Source: Amphiscolops sp. MND2022 (lineage: Eukaryota). Taken from it: DNA of 64,000 bases. Every line of letters begins with the position of its first letter. The stretch's first letter is position 1. The notes beneath the pieces are model-generated. The model did no database searches, had not been told where the DNA came from, and saw only the letters and a program-made list of their open reading frames with translations. Positions 63,193 to 64,000 of the stretch are shown here, piece after piece. A program made the translations under genes and the position numbers. Where the stretch lies: NCBI GenBank assembly GCA_964187785.1, contig OZ076409.1, positions 70,868,001-70,932,000 on the forward strand, read 5' to 3'.

Positions 63193-64000
63193 GTGCCGGG
63201 ATTTTCTATTCGACAAGTTTGCGCGCCTTGGGGAGGGTCCCTTTGCGCGCTTTAAGATCCAGGTGTTTCCAACTCCTAAACGGGCATGTGATTTCGACGA
63301 TCTCCTAAACTAGCCATACGATTTGGCTGAAATTTGGCACACGTACCCCCCTCGGCACGGTGAAGATGATTTCCTACTGACGTTTTTCCCGCTAAACATT
63401 TTTTGTTGACCAAAATAACGGTTTTTGGGGTAAAATTTTCAACTTTTTTTAAATTTCATCTTATATCTCGCCACGAGTACACGCTAGCGCTTCCAAACCT
63501 TGCTGACGAAACCTTGCAAACTGTCTCAGGAATGCTGTGTGAAATTTTCAGCTCAATCGGACCTAAACTCGGGGAGATATAGCGTTTTTCCGGAGCGGGG
63601 GGGTTTCATTTTTCTAACGGTCCAGCTTATCTTTGCCATTTTTTCGAAAATGCACTCGCCTAAAGGCCTCCCCTGGCCGGTTTTATTCCCAGCAAAACCA
63701 TTTGGCCCTAAATACGGAGTTTCAGCGTTCCAGCATTCCCGGGCGAAAAGATGTGGGACTTAGAAAAGTTCAAAAATTTTCAAAAAAAAATTTTTCCGTT
63801 ATTTGGGCCCTCAAAGTGGGGGAAAAGTCCCCCCAACCAGTAAAGCAAGTGAATGCATGTGGAAAGCCCTTGTTTAGACGAGAAAAATGCCGTTTAGAAC
63901 GTCTTTTTATCTTAACTTGACATTGACTTTTGTCGTTTTGAAGGTGACCGTTAGATACGGAAAATTGATGTTTTGAGTATTTATCCCATCTGAAAGCCAT
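63193..64000 (+). mobile_element. Family B unit, partial (cut by the window end)
   Basis: Same subtype as the units at 6781 and 13204 (head ...CGACAAGTTTGCGCGCCTTGGGGAGGGTCCC; GAAGGTGACCGTTAGATACGG). Confidence 0.7.

Larger units (their letters stand above)
1..64000 (+). repeat. Heterogeneous head-to-tail tandem array of 1.27-2.38 kb non-coding units (37 junctions); probable non-autonomous rolling-circle/Helitron-like elements
   Basis: The terminal module (TCAACGCC x2, GGGCATGCCGAGGCATGCCC, TTCGACGAC, tail, CTAG|GTG) recurs 37 times on the same strand. CTAG ends at 2030, 4402, 6780, 8050, 9340, 10631, 11916, 13203, 14475, 15758, 17027, 18312, 19581, 20870, 22841, 24125, 25438, 26827, 28100, 30075, 32154, 34177 (CTGG), 36152, 38124, 40116, 42092, 44066, 46037, 48033, 49323, 51317, 53288, 55262, 57237, 59210, 61197, 63192. 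The array is seen directly; the element class is inference. Confidence 0.95.

Noticed and set aside
373..64000. Short ORFs of 60-160 aa, many recurring (e.g. MLTKVCKLSQE..., MRRVGGHSFSHPP..., MWPEKNFPGY...)
   Set aside because: They recur only because the DNA is repeated. Lengths and frames change between near-identical copies, many cross junctions, many start at TTG/GTG, and none shows a recognisable domain (no HUH, helicase, recombinase, RT or DDE motif).
1..64000. Array of known RNA genes (5S, tRNA, snRNA, spliced leader)
   Set aside because: No recognisable cloverleaf, 5S or snRNA sequence by eye. An Rfam scan is still advisable.
1..64000. Assembly or amplification artefact concatenating separate circles
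   Set aside because: Considered unlikely because adjacent copies are not identical and heterologous joins share only 7 bp rather than the longer conserved core. It cannot be fully excluded without raw reads.

Overview
The whole 64-kb window is non-coding. It is an uninterrupted, single-orientation, head-to-tail array of 36 complete and 2 partial units of about 1.27-2.38 kb. The units fall into four multi-copy families (A ~2.37 kb, B ~1.27-1.31 kb, D ~1.27-1.29 kb, C ~1.97-2.0 kb) plus five single-copy or divergent units (E-I). All units share one layout despite divergent bodies. The head starts GTG, then a small hairpin, then a covarying hairpin with a (T/G)AGGGN-type loop, then a shared motif resembling GATCTC...CCRTASGATT...TGAAATTTGGCA. 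A ~44-nt hairpin (GAGTAC-type or GATAGCC-type) lies 190-390 nt before the terminal module. That module is two TCAACGCC direct repeats, the 20-bp palindrome GGGCATGCCGAGGCATGCCC (a 19/20 match to the p53 response-element consensus), TTCGACGACGTAT, a variable tail, then CTAG. All 37 junctions read CT(A/G)G|GTG, and every change of family happens there with no host DNA, target-site duplication or poly(A). My best interpretation (inference) is a mixed array of non-autonomous rolling-circle (Helitron-like/HUH) elements with a non-canonical 5' end that insert into each other's junction, i.e. an integron-like array of non-coding cassettes, probably in a eukaryote. I found no credible CDS, tRNA, rRNA or CRISPR array, and no mobilising enzyme is encoded here. 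All alignments and folds were done by eye.
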